From: a virus
Taxonomy: Duplodnaviria; Caudoviricetes
Virus record (IMG/VR): IMGVR_UViG_3300028840_002576
Span: 1-53,304 of that record
Reading direction: 5' to 3' (one strand)
Length of the DNA stretch: 53,304 nt
Shown: positions 16,185 to 25,109 of the stretch, piece by piece
Position numbering within the stretch: position 1 is the first letter of the stretch
Layout: each line of letters begins with the position of its first letter
Made by a program: the position numbers and the translations under genes
Notes under the pieces: generated by a model
What the model was told of the DNA's origin: nothing
Database searches by the model: none
The model's input: only the letters and a program-made list of their open reading frames with translations

Positions 16185-17163
16185 AAGATTACTTTTATCA
16201 ACATTATCGGCATTGCTAATAATCTCAGCACCTTGTATTGCAAAAACTGGAATCGTCAGCGTCAGCGAACCATATTCAGCAACCTGGCTGACCGATGCGA
16301 GCCAAGAGGATTCTTTGAATAAAATAAGCGCATTACGGACAGCATTGTCTGTTACGCAGACACCGACAGACGAAAGACACGTAACGTATGCCATGAACAT
16401 TATCAATGATCCTGCAAATGCGATCTGGCCGGTAGGATCGAAAAGCTGTTTATCTTCAGCGACCGCGCTATATACCGACATCGACACCGCTCTCGCCGGT
16501 AACAACTCTTATAACCTGAAAATCGAGAACACCGGCTGGATGGGGATACCGAGGGCTCATTACACGGTTGTAATGGAGCCGACCGACAGTATCGGGCCAA
16601 GCATTTCTTTTGATAGATATTCTGGCGTCGCGATGAATATAATTGAAACTGTGTACACAACAAAGAAGATGGAGAACCCTGTTACCGGGATCCGGGATAA
16701 TTCTATTGTGTATATAACAACAAAGGTGGAGGATCCTGAGGCTACCCTGGATGAATGGGAAGCCACCGTTGGACCGATTACGCCGGAAGATCCTGTAAAT
16801 TGCCTGCTAAACGACCCAATAAACGGGACCGAGTGCTCAGTTGACGGAACAAATATAGTTGTCCTTCCAGGCCTGATGCCCGATATAGAGGCAGCCAAGA
16901 GCCGTCTGGATACTGCTGTGTATTCAGTAACCGACGGCCATCCCTGCGGAACAAGCATATCAAAGGCCTATTTCCCCAACGGTTGTTTAATGACCATGGG
17001 ACCGTGCGAAGGTATCAAGGGCGGTCTTGGAATGGGATGTGACTTTGCCGCAGAATTCGGAATCGATTATCTATCAAGATGCGTATGGGACAAAAACTAC
17101 GTCAACCTAACCTATTACCTTATTGCGTATCAAGAGACGGCCGGCAATCAAACCTGTGAATAA
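16177..17163 (+). CDS. Exported protein, Cys-containing C-terminus
   Basis: Signal-peptide-like MIKRLLLSTLSALLIISAPCIA. Confidence 0.75.
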   Translation: MIKRLLLSTLSALLIISAPCIAKTGIVSVSEPYSATWLTDASQEDSLNKISALRTALSVTQTPTDERHVTYAMNIINDPANAIWPVGSKSCLSSATALYTDIDTALAGNNSYNLKIENTGWMGIPRAHYTVVMEPTDSIGPSISFDRYSGVAMNIIETVYTTKKMENPVTGIRDNSIVYITTKVEDPEATLDEWEATVGPITPEDPVNCLLNDPINGTECSVDGTNIVVLPGLMPDIEAAKSRLDTAVYSVTDGHPCGTSISKAYFPNGCLMTMGPCEGIKGGLGMGCDFAAEFGIDYLSRCVWDKNYVNLTYYLIAYQETAGNQTCE

Positions 17164-17177
17164 GAGAGGACACTGAC

Positions 17178-17372
17178 ATGGGTGCTAAATACCCGGTACC
17201 TTTAATATTTAGGAACCAGAACCGAATCATGCGATGCCCGTTTTGTAATTGGACGGGAACCGCGATCGACATCGTCCGTTCACAGGGAACAGATACAAAT
17301 GTGATATTCCTTTGTCCGGATTGTGAATTACAAGAATACAGGGAGAATCAAAAGCATGATAAACACAATTAA
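17178..17372 (+). CDS. Zn-ribbon protein
   Basis: CPFC...CPDC; RBS GAGGA. Confidence 0.6.
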   Translation: MGAKYPVPLIFRNQNRIMRCPFCNWTGTAIDIVRSQGTDTNVIFLCPDCELQEYRENQKHDKHN

Positions 17373-17553
17373 GGCCTTCTTTTTACTCCTGGGATCCTGG
17401 ATCGAAAACATCCGCCTCCAGGCTGCCAGGTCCGTTTACAAGAGATCGATCTATCACGATCGGAAATCTGTGATGCACTGGCCCTTTCCATGGCGCCGGT
17501 ATCACAAAACCATGTCATATCTGCTCGCCAGATTAGGCAACATCATTTATTAG
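17356..17553 (+). CDS. Hypothetical protein
   Basis: RBS GGGAG. Confidence 0.55.
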   Translation: MINTIKAFFLLLGSWIENIRLQAARSVYKRSIYHDRKSVMHWPFPWRRYHKTMSYLLARLGNIIY

Positions 17554-17563
17554 GAGGATCACC

Positions 17564-17848
17564 ATGACACAAGCAACACATAAACTCGACGAAGAGTTGT
17601 TCAACAGTCCATTTGCACGCTTCAATATTGATACCATTAACAAAATGCTCCCTTTCAACCTGGTGGGTTGTGTCAAGAATATCACCCAAAGAAGGTCCGA
17701 AAGGTTATTTGGCAGTATGATAAGTGTTGACCTGGAACAACCAGATGGAAGTGTGGAGTCCATAGAGTTCCAAGTACCTAAAATGACTCTATTTATGGAC
17801 GTTTTTAGCTACATCGTCAAGCAGATAATTGAGCATTTCGATGAATAA
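17564..17848 (+). CDS. Hypothetical protein
   Basis: RBS AGGAGG. Confidence 0.7.
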   Translation: MTQATHKLDEELFNSPFARFNIDTINKMLPFNLVGCVKNITQRRSERLFGSMISVDLEQPDGSVESIEFQVPKMTLFMDVFSYIVKQIIEHFDE

Positions 17849-17931
17849 AGGCAGTTAAACTGGGTGAATTCTCAAATAGGATGGGCTTATTTGAGGAAAA
17901 CCTCAAACCTATAACAAGGGAGATTTGTATT

Positions 17932-18666
17932 ATGCATTCAGCTATTTGTAAAAAATGTGGAAATGAGTGGTTGTTAAATGGAAAGAAAGGCGGTCCATGT
18001 TGCGACTGTGACTGTTATTACCTCGGGATAGCCCTGGAGGCCGAATTGATAGCCATCAAGGCTGCGGCAAGTGACCGGGATGAGTTGTCATCCATGACCC
18101 TGGACGCTATGACCAGGTACGCAGAGTCCTTCAGGTATACGTTCATCGTCGAACACGACATGGAGGATGATCTCGAATTCGGCGCTCGGGTCCGGTCGAT
18201 CGATATCGAGGAGGAGGATAATGGCTGCGGCATGCTCGAGGAGGATGACGACATTGCTGGCGACATTATTTGCGACAGGTGCGAAAAGCATGTACCTGTT
18301 TGGAAAAGGCCCGGACAGGACGATGACGTAGCGCAAATGGATCACGTTGCCAATAAGCTTGGCTGGGGTCGGATCAAGGATGACGACGGCGACGACTGGG
18401 ATCTGTGTCCTGTATGCCTGCGGTTCTTTGATGATCTCAGGAGCCAGACATCCGATATGTTCCAGGACTTCTTTAACGGACATATCGAGAACGGCCGGCT
18501 GCAGGTAAAGGCAATCTCGACGCAGGACATTCCTGAGTACCTGAAGAATGAGACCTGCGATAATTGCGATAGTCTAAAGGATTGCGTCAGGAACTTTTAC
18601 GAGGTTAACAATTTTTTTGACCTTGACGATTGCAAGAATAACTGCGACAGTTGCAAATGTAAATAG
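17932..18666 (+). CDS. Acidic, multi-CxxC hypothetical protein
   Basis: Start after AGGGAG; many Cys pairs. Confidence 0.7.
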   Translation: MHSAICKKCGNEWLLNGKKGGPCCDCDCYYLGIALEAELIAIKAAASDRDELSSMTLDAMTRYAESFRYTFIVEHDMEDDLEFGARVRSIDIEEEDNGCGMLEEDDDIAGDIICDRCEKHVPVWKRPGQDDDVAQMDHVANKLGWGRIKDDDGDDWDLCPVCLRFFDDLRSQTSDMFQDFFNGHIENGRLQVKAISTQDIPEYLKNETCDNCDSLKDCVRNFYEVNNFFDLDDCKNNCDSCKCK

Positions 18667-18696
18667 CATTTGTAATAAATAAAGCATGTTACGATA

Positions 18697-18725
18697 GCCT
18701 GGGCCTTTCATGAGGGGGTCCAGGC
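18697..18725. other. Inverted repeat adjacent to the phased repeat array
   Basis: GCCTGGGCC...GGTCCAGGC. Confidence 0.55.
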
Positions 18726-18731
18726 ATTCGT

Positions 18732-18888
18732 ATATGTAATAAAAGAAGCTACTTACGTACCATTTGTAAGTGATATGTAATAATAAAAGCTACTTACGTA
18801 TCATTCACAAAGGATATGTAATAATAAAAGCTACTTACACAGAATCAAATGGGGATCAAATAAAAATGTCTAATGATAAAAGCTACTT
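18732..18888 (+). repeat. Phased AT-rich direct repeats (ATATGTAATAATAAAAGCTACTTAC)
   Basis: AGCTACTT cores at 18747, 18788, 18829 and 18881. Confidence 0.9.
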
Positions 18889-20401
18889 CGAAGAGATTGC
18901 CGGCAAGCTAAAAGATCAGCGTTGGCGACTTAACCATTTATATAAGATAGTTACGGACAAAGGACAGGTCGAAACCTTTAAAATGCGTCTCGCTCAGAAG
19001 CTATTGTATTTGAGCATGCACTACCTTAATATCGTACTGAAGAGCCGGCAGCACGGCATAACTACCTTTATTTGTTTGTTTTTCCTGGATACCTGCATGT
19101 TCAACAGCAACACGCACGCATGTATCATCGCCCATAACAAGGATGACGCCAAAGACTTCTTCAGCAAAAAGATTATGTTCGCATACAATAGCCTGCCAGA
19201 GTTGCTCCGGGAGAATATCGTTGCGAAGAGGGCCTCAACATCAGAGCTCCTGTTCAGTAATGGGTCATCTATCAGGGTCACCACCTCCGGCCGATCAGGG
19301 ACATATCAGCTTGTCCATGTATCTGAATTCGGTAAGATCTGCGCCAAGTATCCTCACAAGGCGGAGGAGATCATCACCGGTACCCTGAACGCGATCCACG
19401 CCGGCCAGATGGTATTCATCGAGTCTACCGCTGAAGGCCGGGAGGGTAAATTCTATGAGATGAGCACCGAGGCCGAGAAGTTAAAGAAGGCCCGGACGGA
19501 GCTAACAAAGCTTGACTGGAAATTCTTTTTCTTTGGATGGATGGACAACCCTCTGAATCAGTTAGAGACGAAAGATGCCAGGAGGGTGCCGATACCGCAA
19601 AGGTTTAAAGAATATTTCGAGAAGGTAGAGGCCAGGCTGCGTAGGATCATACCGATTGAGTTCAAGGCATGGTATGTTAAGAAGGAACGTGACCAGGGCG
19701 ATCTGATGTTCCGGGAGCACCCGAGCACGCCTGAAGAGGCCTTCATGCAGTCGATCAAGGGAGTCTATTATTCAACTCAATTCACATTCCTGCGGTCGCA
19801 CAACAGGATCACAAATGTACCTCATCATCCTGATTATACAGTCGATACATGGTGGGACCTGGGGTTCAATGACATTAACGCGATCTGGTTCATCCAGACC
19901 ATCGGCCGTGAGATCCGGGTCATCAATTACTATGCGAACTATGGCGAGGGCCTCGGGCATTATGCGCAGTATTTAAAGGACCTTGCAACTAAACTCAAGT
20001 ATAAATATGGGATCCATTATACGCCTCACGACATCGGGGTCCACGACTATTCGATCGGCCGTACCAGGCAGGCACTTGCAATGGACTATGGCCTGAAGCT
20101 GAAGAGGGTTGATAGGCTATCGATCGACTCCGGCATCGAGGCTGTCCGGAAGCTCCTCCCTCAGTGTGTATTCGACATCGAGAACTGTGACGAAGGCATC
20201 AAGGCCCTGGAGGCCTATCGGAAAGAATGGGATGAGAAAAAAGCTACTTACAGGGACAAGCCGTACCATGACTGGGCATCAAACGGGGCGGATGCATTCA
20301 GGACCGGGGCAACAGTCCATCCATTCACAAAGGTCAACTTCGAGCAGGTCGGCATGCAGCTTGTCCCCAAGGCACCACCGAATCCAAAGGCCTGGACATA
20401 A
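18866..20401 (+). CDS. terL: Terminase large subunit
   Basis: LKSRQHGITT (Walker A), VHVSEF (Walker B), IESTAEG, WDLG, HD and HDWASNGADAFR nuclease motifs. Confidence 0.96.
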   Translation: MSNDKSYFEEIAGKLKDQRWRLNHLYKIVTDKGQVETFKMRLAQKLLYLSMHYLNIVLKSRQHGITTFICLFFLDTCMFNSNTHACIIAHNKDDAKDFFSKKIMFAYNSLPELLRENIVAKRASTSELLFSNGSSIRVTTSGRSGTYQLVHVSEFGKICAKYPHKAEEIITGTLNAIHAGQMVFIESTAEGREGKFYEMSTEAEKLKKARTELTKLDWKFFFFGWMDNPLNQLETKDARRVPIPQRFKEYFEKVEARLRRIIPIEFKAWYVKKERDQGDLMFREHPSTPEEAFMQSIKGVYYSTQFTFLRSHNRITNVPHHPDYTVDTWWDLGFNDINAIWFIQTIGREIRVINYYANYGEGLGHYAQYLKDLATKLKYKYGIHYTPHDIGVHDYSIGRTRQALAMDYGLKLKRVDRLSIDSGIEAVRKLLPQCVFDIENCDEGIKALEAYRKEWDEKKATYRDKPYHDWASNGADAFRTGATVHPFTKVNFEQVGMQLVPKAPPNPKAWT

Positions 20402-20418
20402 TTTTTTTCATTTAAAGA

Positions 20419-20447
20419 GGCTACTTTGCTCGAGACTGTGTTATGAT
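20419..20447 (+). promoter_or_regulatory. Class A promoter-like motif
   Basis: GGCTACTTTG-ctcgagactg-TG-t-TATGAT. Confidence 0.7.
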
Positions 20448-20455
20448 TAGTTTAG

Positions 20456-20677
20456 ATGACAACAACAACCTATAACATGGAGGGCGATCAAATGGAAAGA
20501 CCGAGCTACGTTGGCAACAAATTCACGGCAGAATACAGAATGAATGATGACACTGTATGCCAAATCTCTTTTGTGGCAATGGATGAGATCAGGGCCAGGG
20601 AAGTGGCGAAGGAAATCGGCGTCAGCTATCTGTCCGGTAAATATCGTCACATTGCCATCAGGGAGGGGGACATCTAA
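20456..20677 (+). CDS. Hypothetical protein (true start may be downstream)
   Basis: ORF after the promoter motif; internal RBS GGAGGG. Confidence 0.6.
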   Translation: MTTTTYNMEGDQMERPSYVGNKFTAEYRMNDDTVCQISFVAMDEIRAREVAKEIGVSYLSGKYRHIAIREGDI

Positions 20678-20678
20678 G

Positions 20679-20933
20679 ATGGGGAGAATTGCCGGAGTTA
20701 AACACGTCAAGGGACAGCACGCCGGCCTCGAGAATGCCCTCGGTATCGATCCAAAGCTGTTCAATGTGATATTCACTTTGATCACCGGATCACCGACACT
20801 GGGCTCTGGCCACAAGCTTAAAATTGATCTATGGGATTGTCCGGAAGGGATCCGTTGCTTCAGGGACATCCTGTTCAAACCTACAACCTATCCGAAAAGA
20901 ACACCTAAACGTATGAGGGGATCTTCGAGATGA
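20679..20933 (+). CDS. Hypothetical protein
   Basis: RBS GGAGGGGG; ATGA coupling to the next ORF. Confidence 0.6.
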   Translation: MGRIAGVKHVKGQHAGLENALGIDPKLFNVIFTLITGSPTLGSGHKLKIDLWDCPEGIRCFRDILFKPTTYPKRTPKRMRGSSR

Positions 20934-21163
20934 GAAACTGCACCGCACCAGGAAAAAATTGCATGTGTCGAGTCCACGCCCACGACGTCTTTAAATGCGT
21001 CAAGAGCTCTAACGAGCATTGCACGCTTAAAGTGGCGGCCGATAATTTCCTTGAATTCATGAACAACCTGAGCCTGGATGAGCTCAACCTGATTGAAAGG
21101 TATATTAAATTGAGGGAGGCCTGGGATGACAAAGGACAGCGCCCGACGATTCGGCTTCTGTAA
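20930..21163 (+). CDS. Hypothetical Cys-containing protein
   Basis: Coupled ORF. Confidence 0.55.
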   Translation: MRNCTAPGKNCMCRVHAHDVFKCVKSSNEHCTLKVAADNFLEFMNNLSLDELNLIERYIKLREAWDDKGQRPTIRLL

Positions 21164-21389
21164 ACATTGCGCAGCCTTCGACAGGCACCAGCAGGAACCG
21201 AGATGCGGGGTTGTGAATAGCGATCCGATCAATTGCCTCCTGGACAAGGAAACAATCGAGCGATGGCGATCAGAGCACGGCCTCTGCGGTACGGTGAAAG
21301 CTTCGCCGGCTAAAGAGGCCTTTGGCAAGAGTGAGCATATTAAACGGCGCAGAGGCGCCTGGGGTGAATCTAAATACAAGGGAGAATGA
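21126..21389 (+). CDS. Hypothetical Cys-containing protein
   Basis: RBS GGGAGG; CKHC. Confidence 0.6.
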   Translation: MTKDSARRFGFCKHCAAFDRHQQEPRCGVVNSDPINCLLDKETIERWRSEHGLCGTVKASPAKEAFGKSEHIKRRRGAWGESKYKGE

Positions 21390-21784
21390 TCATGGAAAAA
21401 GTCAAAAGATATGCAGTGTCTTTGGTAACTCGGGGCGGATACGATGACAATATTAAGGTCAATACGATTATGGCCTTTTGCCGGTCCGCCGAGGAGGCTA
21501 TCGGGATCGCTGTGAAGCAGGAGGCGAACATGACCCACGACAACCTGAACATCATTGCCTTTGATGTTGCAGTTGATCATGGCGACGAATACCTGGATGA
21601 AGCCAGGCGGTATTACCTGCAGAACGGCAGGAAAAAGATTGCCACGATTAAACATATCCGCGATCTTTCCGGGAACAGTATCACCGGCAAGATGGGCCTG
21701 AAGGACGCCAAGGTCATGGTGGAGGAGGTCATTGACGCAATCGAAGATGAGGAGGTCGACGGTGACAAATTCGGAGCGTTATAA
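21386..21784 (+). CDS. Protein with ribosomal L7/L12 C-terminal-domain-like region
   Basis: KKIATIKHIRDLSG...MGLKDAKVMVE matches the bL12 CTD consensus K.I.VIK.VR..TG.GLKEAKDLVE. Confidence 0.75.
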   Translation: MIMEKVKRYAVSLVTRGGYDDNIKVNTIMAFCRSAEEAIGIAVKQEANMTHDNLNIIAFDVAVDHGDEYLDEARRYYLQNGRKKIATIKHIRDLSGNSITGKMGLKDAKVMVEEVIDAIEDEEVDGDKFGAL

Positions 21785-22106
21785 TATCGAGTTTATCAAA
21801 CCATTTGTCAGTATACCCGGACCTAAAGCCTCCGGGTTATCACTTGAACAATGCCTGGATTTTATGCATCATATGGAGCCCAGGACGTCTGGCTGGGAAC
21901 GGGTAATCACCAGGGACATCTATGGAAGGTGCCGGCATTGCAAGGCGCATTGTGGGTATGTCCGGATCCCAGCAAACCTTACATCGTACAGGGACATGAG
22001 GCTGCAGTCTGAAAGCGAACGGGACATGAAGACGGTCGAATTCCATTGCGAGGCCTGCGGGACCTTTACAAGGGTTGCGTACCAGGACCCTATCGCATTA
22101 ATGTAA
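21762..22106 (+). CDS. Zn-ribbon hypothetical protein
   Basis: CRHC...CEAC; GTG start after GAGGAGG (start approximate). Confidence 0.55.
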   Translation: MTNSERYNIEFIKPFVSIPGPKASGLSLEQCLDFMHHMEPRTSGWERVITRDIYGRCRHCKAHCGYVRIPANLTSYRDMRLQSESERDMKTVEFHCEACGTFTRVAYQDPIALM

Positions 22107-22122
22107 AAACATCATAAACATC

Positions 22123-22146
22123 TTGACATGCTGTACATTCCAAGGG
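22123..22146 (+). promoter_or_regulatory. Class B motif upstream of the portal operon
   Basis: TTGACATGCTGTACATTC. Confidence 0.55.
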
Positions 22147-22159
22147 GAGAGGTATTTCT

Positions 22160-22483
22160 ATGCTTGGAAAAAATGTCAGGATGTCCTCAAAAGATTTTCA
22201 ACCATTCTTACCGGATCATAAAGAGGGCTACCTCGAGCTTGAGCAGATCAGGCCCGGGGTTGTCTCTTGTCCATTCTGCGGAATCCTGATTGACATGAAG
22301 AACAATGCGTCAGTTAAGTCCTGCCATGAGGCTATCATGGTGATGTCTACGGACTCATGGGCCTCGGCGCCAATATGCAGTTGCCCTGGAGTGTGGGCGG
22401 TCTATTCGCCGAAAGAGGGGAAGTGGGCGGCAAGATATAATGCAAAGAAATCAAAGGGTTGGAGTAACCCTGAAGGAGAATAA
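22160..22483 (+). CDS. Hypothetical Zn-binding protein
   Basis: CPFC...CH...CSC. Confidence 0.7.
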   Translation: MLGKNVRMSSKDFQPFLPDHKEGYLELEQIRPGVVSCPFCGILIDMKNNASVKSCHEAIMVMSTDSWASAPICSCPGVWAVYSPKEGKWAARYNAKKSKGWSNPEGE

Positions 22484-22485
22484 AG

Positions 22486-24651
22486 ATGGCGGAAAGATTG
22501 GGATCGACGTTAAACCCTGGGCAGCCGGCAATATCAGATCACAGTGGCATGGTCCGGATGATAGGAAATAAAGAGCTCGACCAGATCAACAGCAAGGAGA
22601 AGAAGGACGATAAGCTTCAGCAGAAGCCGGAGCTCATAGGAATTGTTTCTCACCTCTCTATGTTATGGGAAGCCGCGAAGAACGCTAAATGGAATATTGA
22701 CGATCGACTGGCAGGATGCGCAAGAAAGCGCAAGGGTATTTATGAGCCGGAGGACCTATCGGCTATCCGGGAATTCGGCGGATCCGAGATATACATGATG
22801 CTAACCAATGTCAAGACCAGGTCAATCGAATCTCAGATCAAGGATATCATATTACCGGCCGGGGAGAAGCCCTGGGGTATCGATCCAACAGCGGTCCCGG
22901 ATATACCAAAGGAAGTTGTTGAGCGGGTTGTCAATGGACTGAAACAAGAATTGATAGAGATTATGAGCGTATTCGGCCCTGGGCTCGAGATCACGCCCGA
23001 GATGGTCGATATCCGCATGGCAGAGCTAATGGATGAAGCCAGGGCGGAGATCCGGAAGGTATCAAGGAACCAGTGCACAGATGCAGAGGCCTCCGTCGAG
23101 GACCTGCTCCAGGAGGGTGGGTTCTATGACGAACTCGCTGATTTTATTAAAGATTTCTCCACTTACCTTACAGCCTTTATCAGAGGGCCTTTCGTATTGA
23201 ATGAGCGGCAGCTTGTATGGAAGCAAGGACCGGATGGCAAATCCTTTCCTGATTACGAGAGCAAGCCTGTCATGAAATATAAGAGGGTATCACCTTTCGA
23301 TATCTATCCTGCGCCGGCAGCCAAGAACCTAAATGATGGATACCTGTTTGAGCGCATGCGGATCCGGCCGGCAGACCTGCAGAAAATGAAAGAATCGGAA
23401 GGCTTCAGCAAGATAGCGGTCGAAGCCACCTTGACCTCCCACAGGGGCGGATATCTTACGAACTGGTTGTGGACCGACCAGGAGAGGGCAAACCTCGAGG
23501 GAAGGCCTCAGGAGATCACAGATCCTACCTCAGTCATCGAGTGCTTACTATTTCATGGTGACATACCGGCCAGGTTACTGGCAGAATTCGGTATCAAGCA
23601 TGACGGAGATATATCAGACTCGGTCCCGGTTGCGGCCCTAATTTGCGGCAATCGTTGCCTCATGCTTCGAGTTAATCAGCACCCGCTGGGATGGAAGCCC
23701 TACTATGGCGCAAGCTTCGATCCTTCAGCAGACTCTATATGGGGCATGGCGCCGCCAGAACTGATGGAAGACTGCCAGCGTATGTGTAACGCTTCAGCCA
23801 GGGCGATGGCAAACAACATGGGTATTGCCTCTGGGCCTCAGGTCGAAGTCTTCAAGGATCGGATATCACCGCAGGAAGATGCGGAACGTATGTGGCCCTG
23901 GAAGGTATGGAAAACAGAAAGCGATCCGGCAGGAGGCGGCAAGCCTGCAATCAATTTCTATCAACCGAGTCTTGTTACCAGTCAGTTGATGGAGATATTC
24001 AATTTCTTTTACAACCAGGCCGGCGAACAACTTGGCGTGCCAGCATATGACCAGGGATCCGCAACAGGAAATGTCGGAGGCGCCGGCCAGACGGCCCACG
24101 GCCTCGCGATGTTAATGACGGCATCATCCAAGATTATGAAGGACGCGATCGGCTACATCGATCGAAACGTCATCAAGAAAGTTGTTTTCCAGACATGGCT
24201 ATATGCGATCACCTCCGGAAAGATGGAATACTCCGGGGATATCAATATCGTTGCCAGGGCCTCTGAGTATTTAATTATCGCTGAACAACTCCAGGCCAGG
24301 CGCCAGGAATTCTTAGCGTTCACGAACAATCCAGTTGACCTTTCAATTGTAGGCGTCGACGGAAGGGCCAAGGTCCTCCGCGAGACAGTCAAGTCCCTGA
24401 AGATGGACGGGGACGACATTATCCCACCTGAATGGGAGATTAACGCAGCGCAAGGCCAGTTGCCAGGCCAGATGGGCATGCCAGGGATGGAAGGGATGCC
24501 AGGACCGGGAGGTCCTCAGGGAGGCGGAGGCGGACCGCAGCCAGGCCAGGATTTATCAGAAAAACCAGTAGCAGATCAACCACCAGCTTATGAGGAGCCT
24601 ATCGGAGGGAAGCCACCGGTTGTGCCTCTTGAGCGAATGGCTAATATGTAA
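22486..24651 (+). CDS. Portal protein
   Basis: 721 aa, downstream of terL; RVSPFDIYP, SIWG....LM.D.Q..CN...RA..NN.GIASGPQ and TA.GL.ML motifs; G/P/M-rich tail. Confidence 0.9.
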   Translation: MAERLGSTLNPGQPAISDHSGMVRMIGNKELDQINSKEKKDDKLQQKPELIGIVSHLSMLWEAAKNAKWNIDDRLAGCARKRKGIYEPEDLSAIREFGGSEIYMMLTNVKTRSIESQIKDIILPAGEKPWGIDPTAVPDIPKEVVERVVNGLKQELIEIMSVFGPGLEITPEMVDIRMAELMDEARAEIRKVSRNQCTDAEASVEDLLQEGGFYDELADFIKDFSTYLTAFIRGPFVLNERQLVWKQGPDGKSFPDYESKPVMKYKRVSPFDIYPAPAAKNLNDGYLFERMRIRPADLQKMKESEGFSKIAVEATLTSHRGGYLTNWLWTDQERANLEGRPQEITDPTSVIECLLFHGDIPARLLAEFGIKHDGDISDSVPVAALICGNRCLMLRVNQHPLGWKPYYGASFDPSADSIWGMAPPELMEDCQRMCNASARAMANNMGIASGPQVEVFKDRISPQEDAERMWPWKVWKTESDPAGGGKPAINFYQPSLVTSQLMEIFNFFYNQAGEQLGVPAYDQGSATGNVGGAGQTAHGLAMLMTASSKIMKDAIGYIDRNVIKKVVFQTWLYAITSGKMEYSGDINIVARASEYLIIAEQLQARRQEFLAFTNNPVDLSIVGVDGRAKVLRETVKSLKMDGDDIIPPEWEINAAQGQLPGQMGMPGMEGMPGPGGPQGGGGGPQPGQDLSEKPVADQPPAYEEPIGGKPPVVPLERMANM

Positions 24652-24674
24652 AATAAAACAAGGAGGTTATACCA

Positions 24675-24839
24675 ATGGCAGACAATTCAAAAGTGAAATA
24701 CGTGACGAAGTCAACCGACTTGGATCCTGAAACCGGGAAGCCCAAGAAAAAGAAGACCACGGCTGGATCCTACAGCAAGCCCAGACGCAAAGGGTATGAA
24801 GACATGCTTAAAGAAGCCGGCACGGTCAGAGGTAAATAA
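24675..24839 (+). CDS. 54-aa basic protein (not in ORF track)
   Basis: Strong RBS AAGGAGGT; MADNSKVKYVTKS... Confidence 0.65.
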   Translation: MADNSKVKYVTKSTDLDPETGKPKKKKTTAGSYSKPRRKGYEDMLKEAGTVRGK

Positions 24840-24875
24840 TAGGACCGATTAGATTTTATAAACCAGGAGGAACAA

Positions 24876-25058
24876 ATGGATAAGAGCAAAATGGCGAAAG
24901 CCGACACGACAGTTCATTACAATATGTTCGCCGGCGACGACGGCCGAAACAAGATGTCGAGATGCCTGCAGGATCACTGCAAGTGCGGAAAGGAATGTTA
25001 TTGCCTTCCGGATTGTGGATCTGTATCAAATGATCCGCTTGACATCGATGAGAACTAA
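24876..25058 (+). CDS. Small Cys-rich protein
   Basis: RBS AGGAGG. Confidence 0.65.
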   Translation: MDKSKMAKADTTVHYNMFAGDDGRNKMSRCLQDHCKCGKECYCLPDCGSVSNDPLDIDEN

Positions 25059-25062
25059 ACTC

Positions 25063-25086
25063 TTGACATATCGAGCATATTATAAA
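25063..25086 (+). promoter_or_regulatory. Class B motif
   Basis: taaactcTTGACATATCGAGCATATTATAAA; near-identical to the copy at 53049. Confidence 0.55.
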
Positions 25087-25109
25087 CTATGAGCCTGGGG
25101 AGGCATTAA

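Noticed and set aside
18770-18865. N-terminal extension of TerL given in the ORF track
   Set aside because: It runs through the repeat array; ATG 18866 after GGGGA is the more plausible start.
18732-18888. CRISPR mini-array
   Set aside because: The 41-bp period leaves only ~16-nt, partly similar spacers; the repeats are degenerate; no cas genes.
24460-24651. Collagen-like or novel repeat domain in the portal tail
   Set aside because: Low-complexity G/P/M/Q tails are common in podovirus-type portals, and there is no long sustained Gly-X-Y run.
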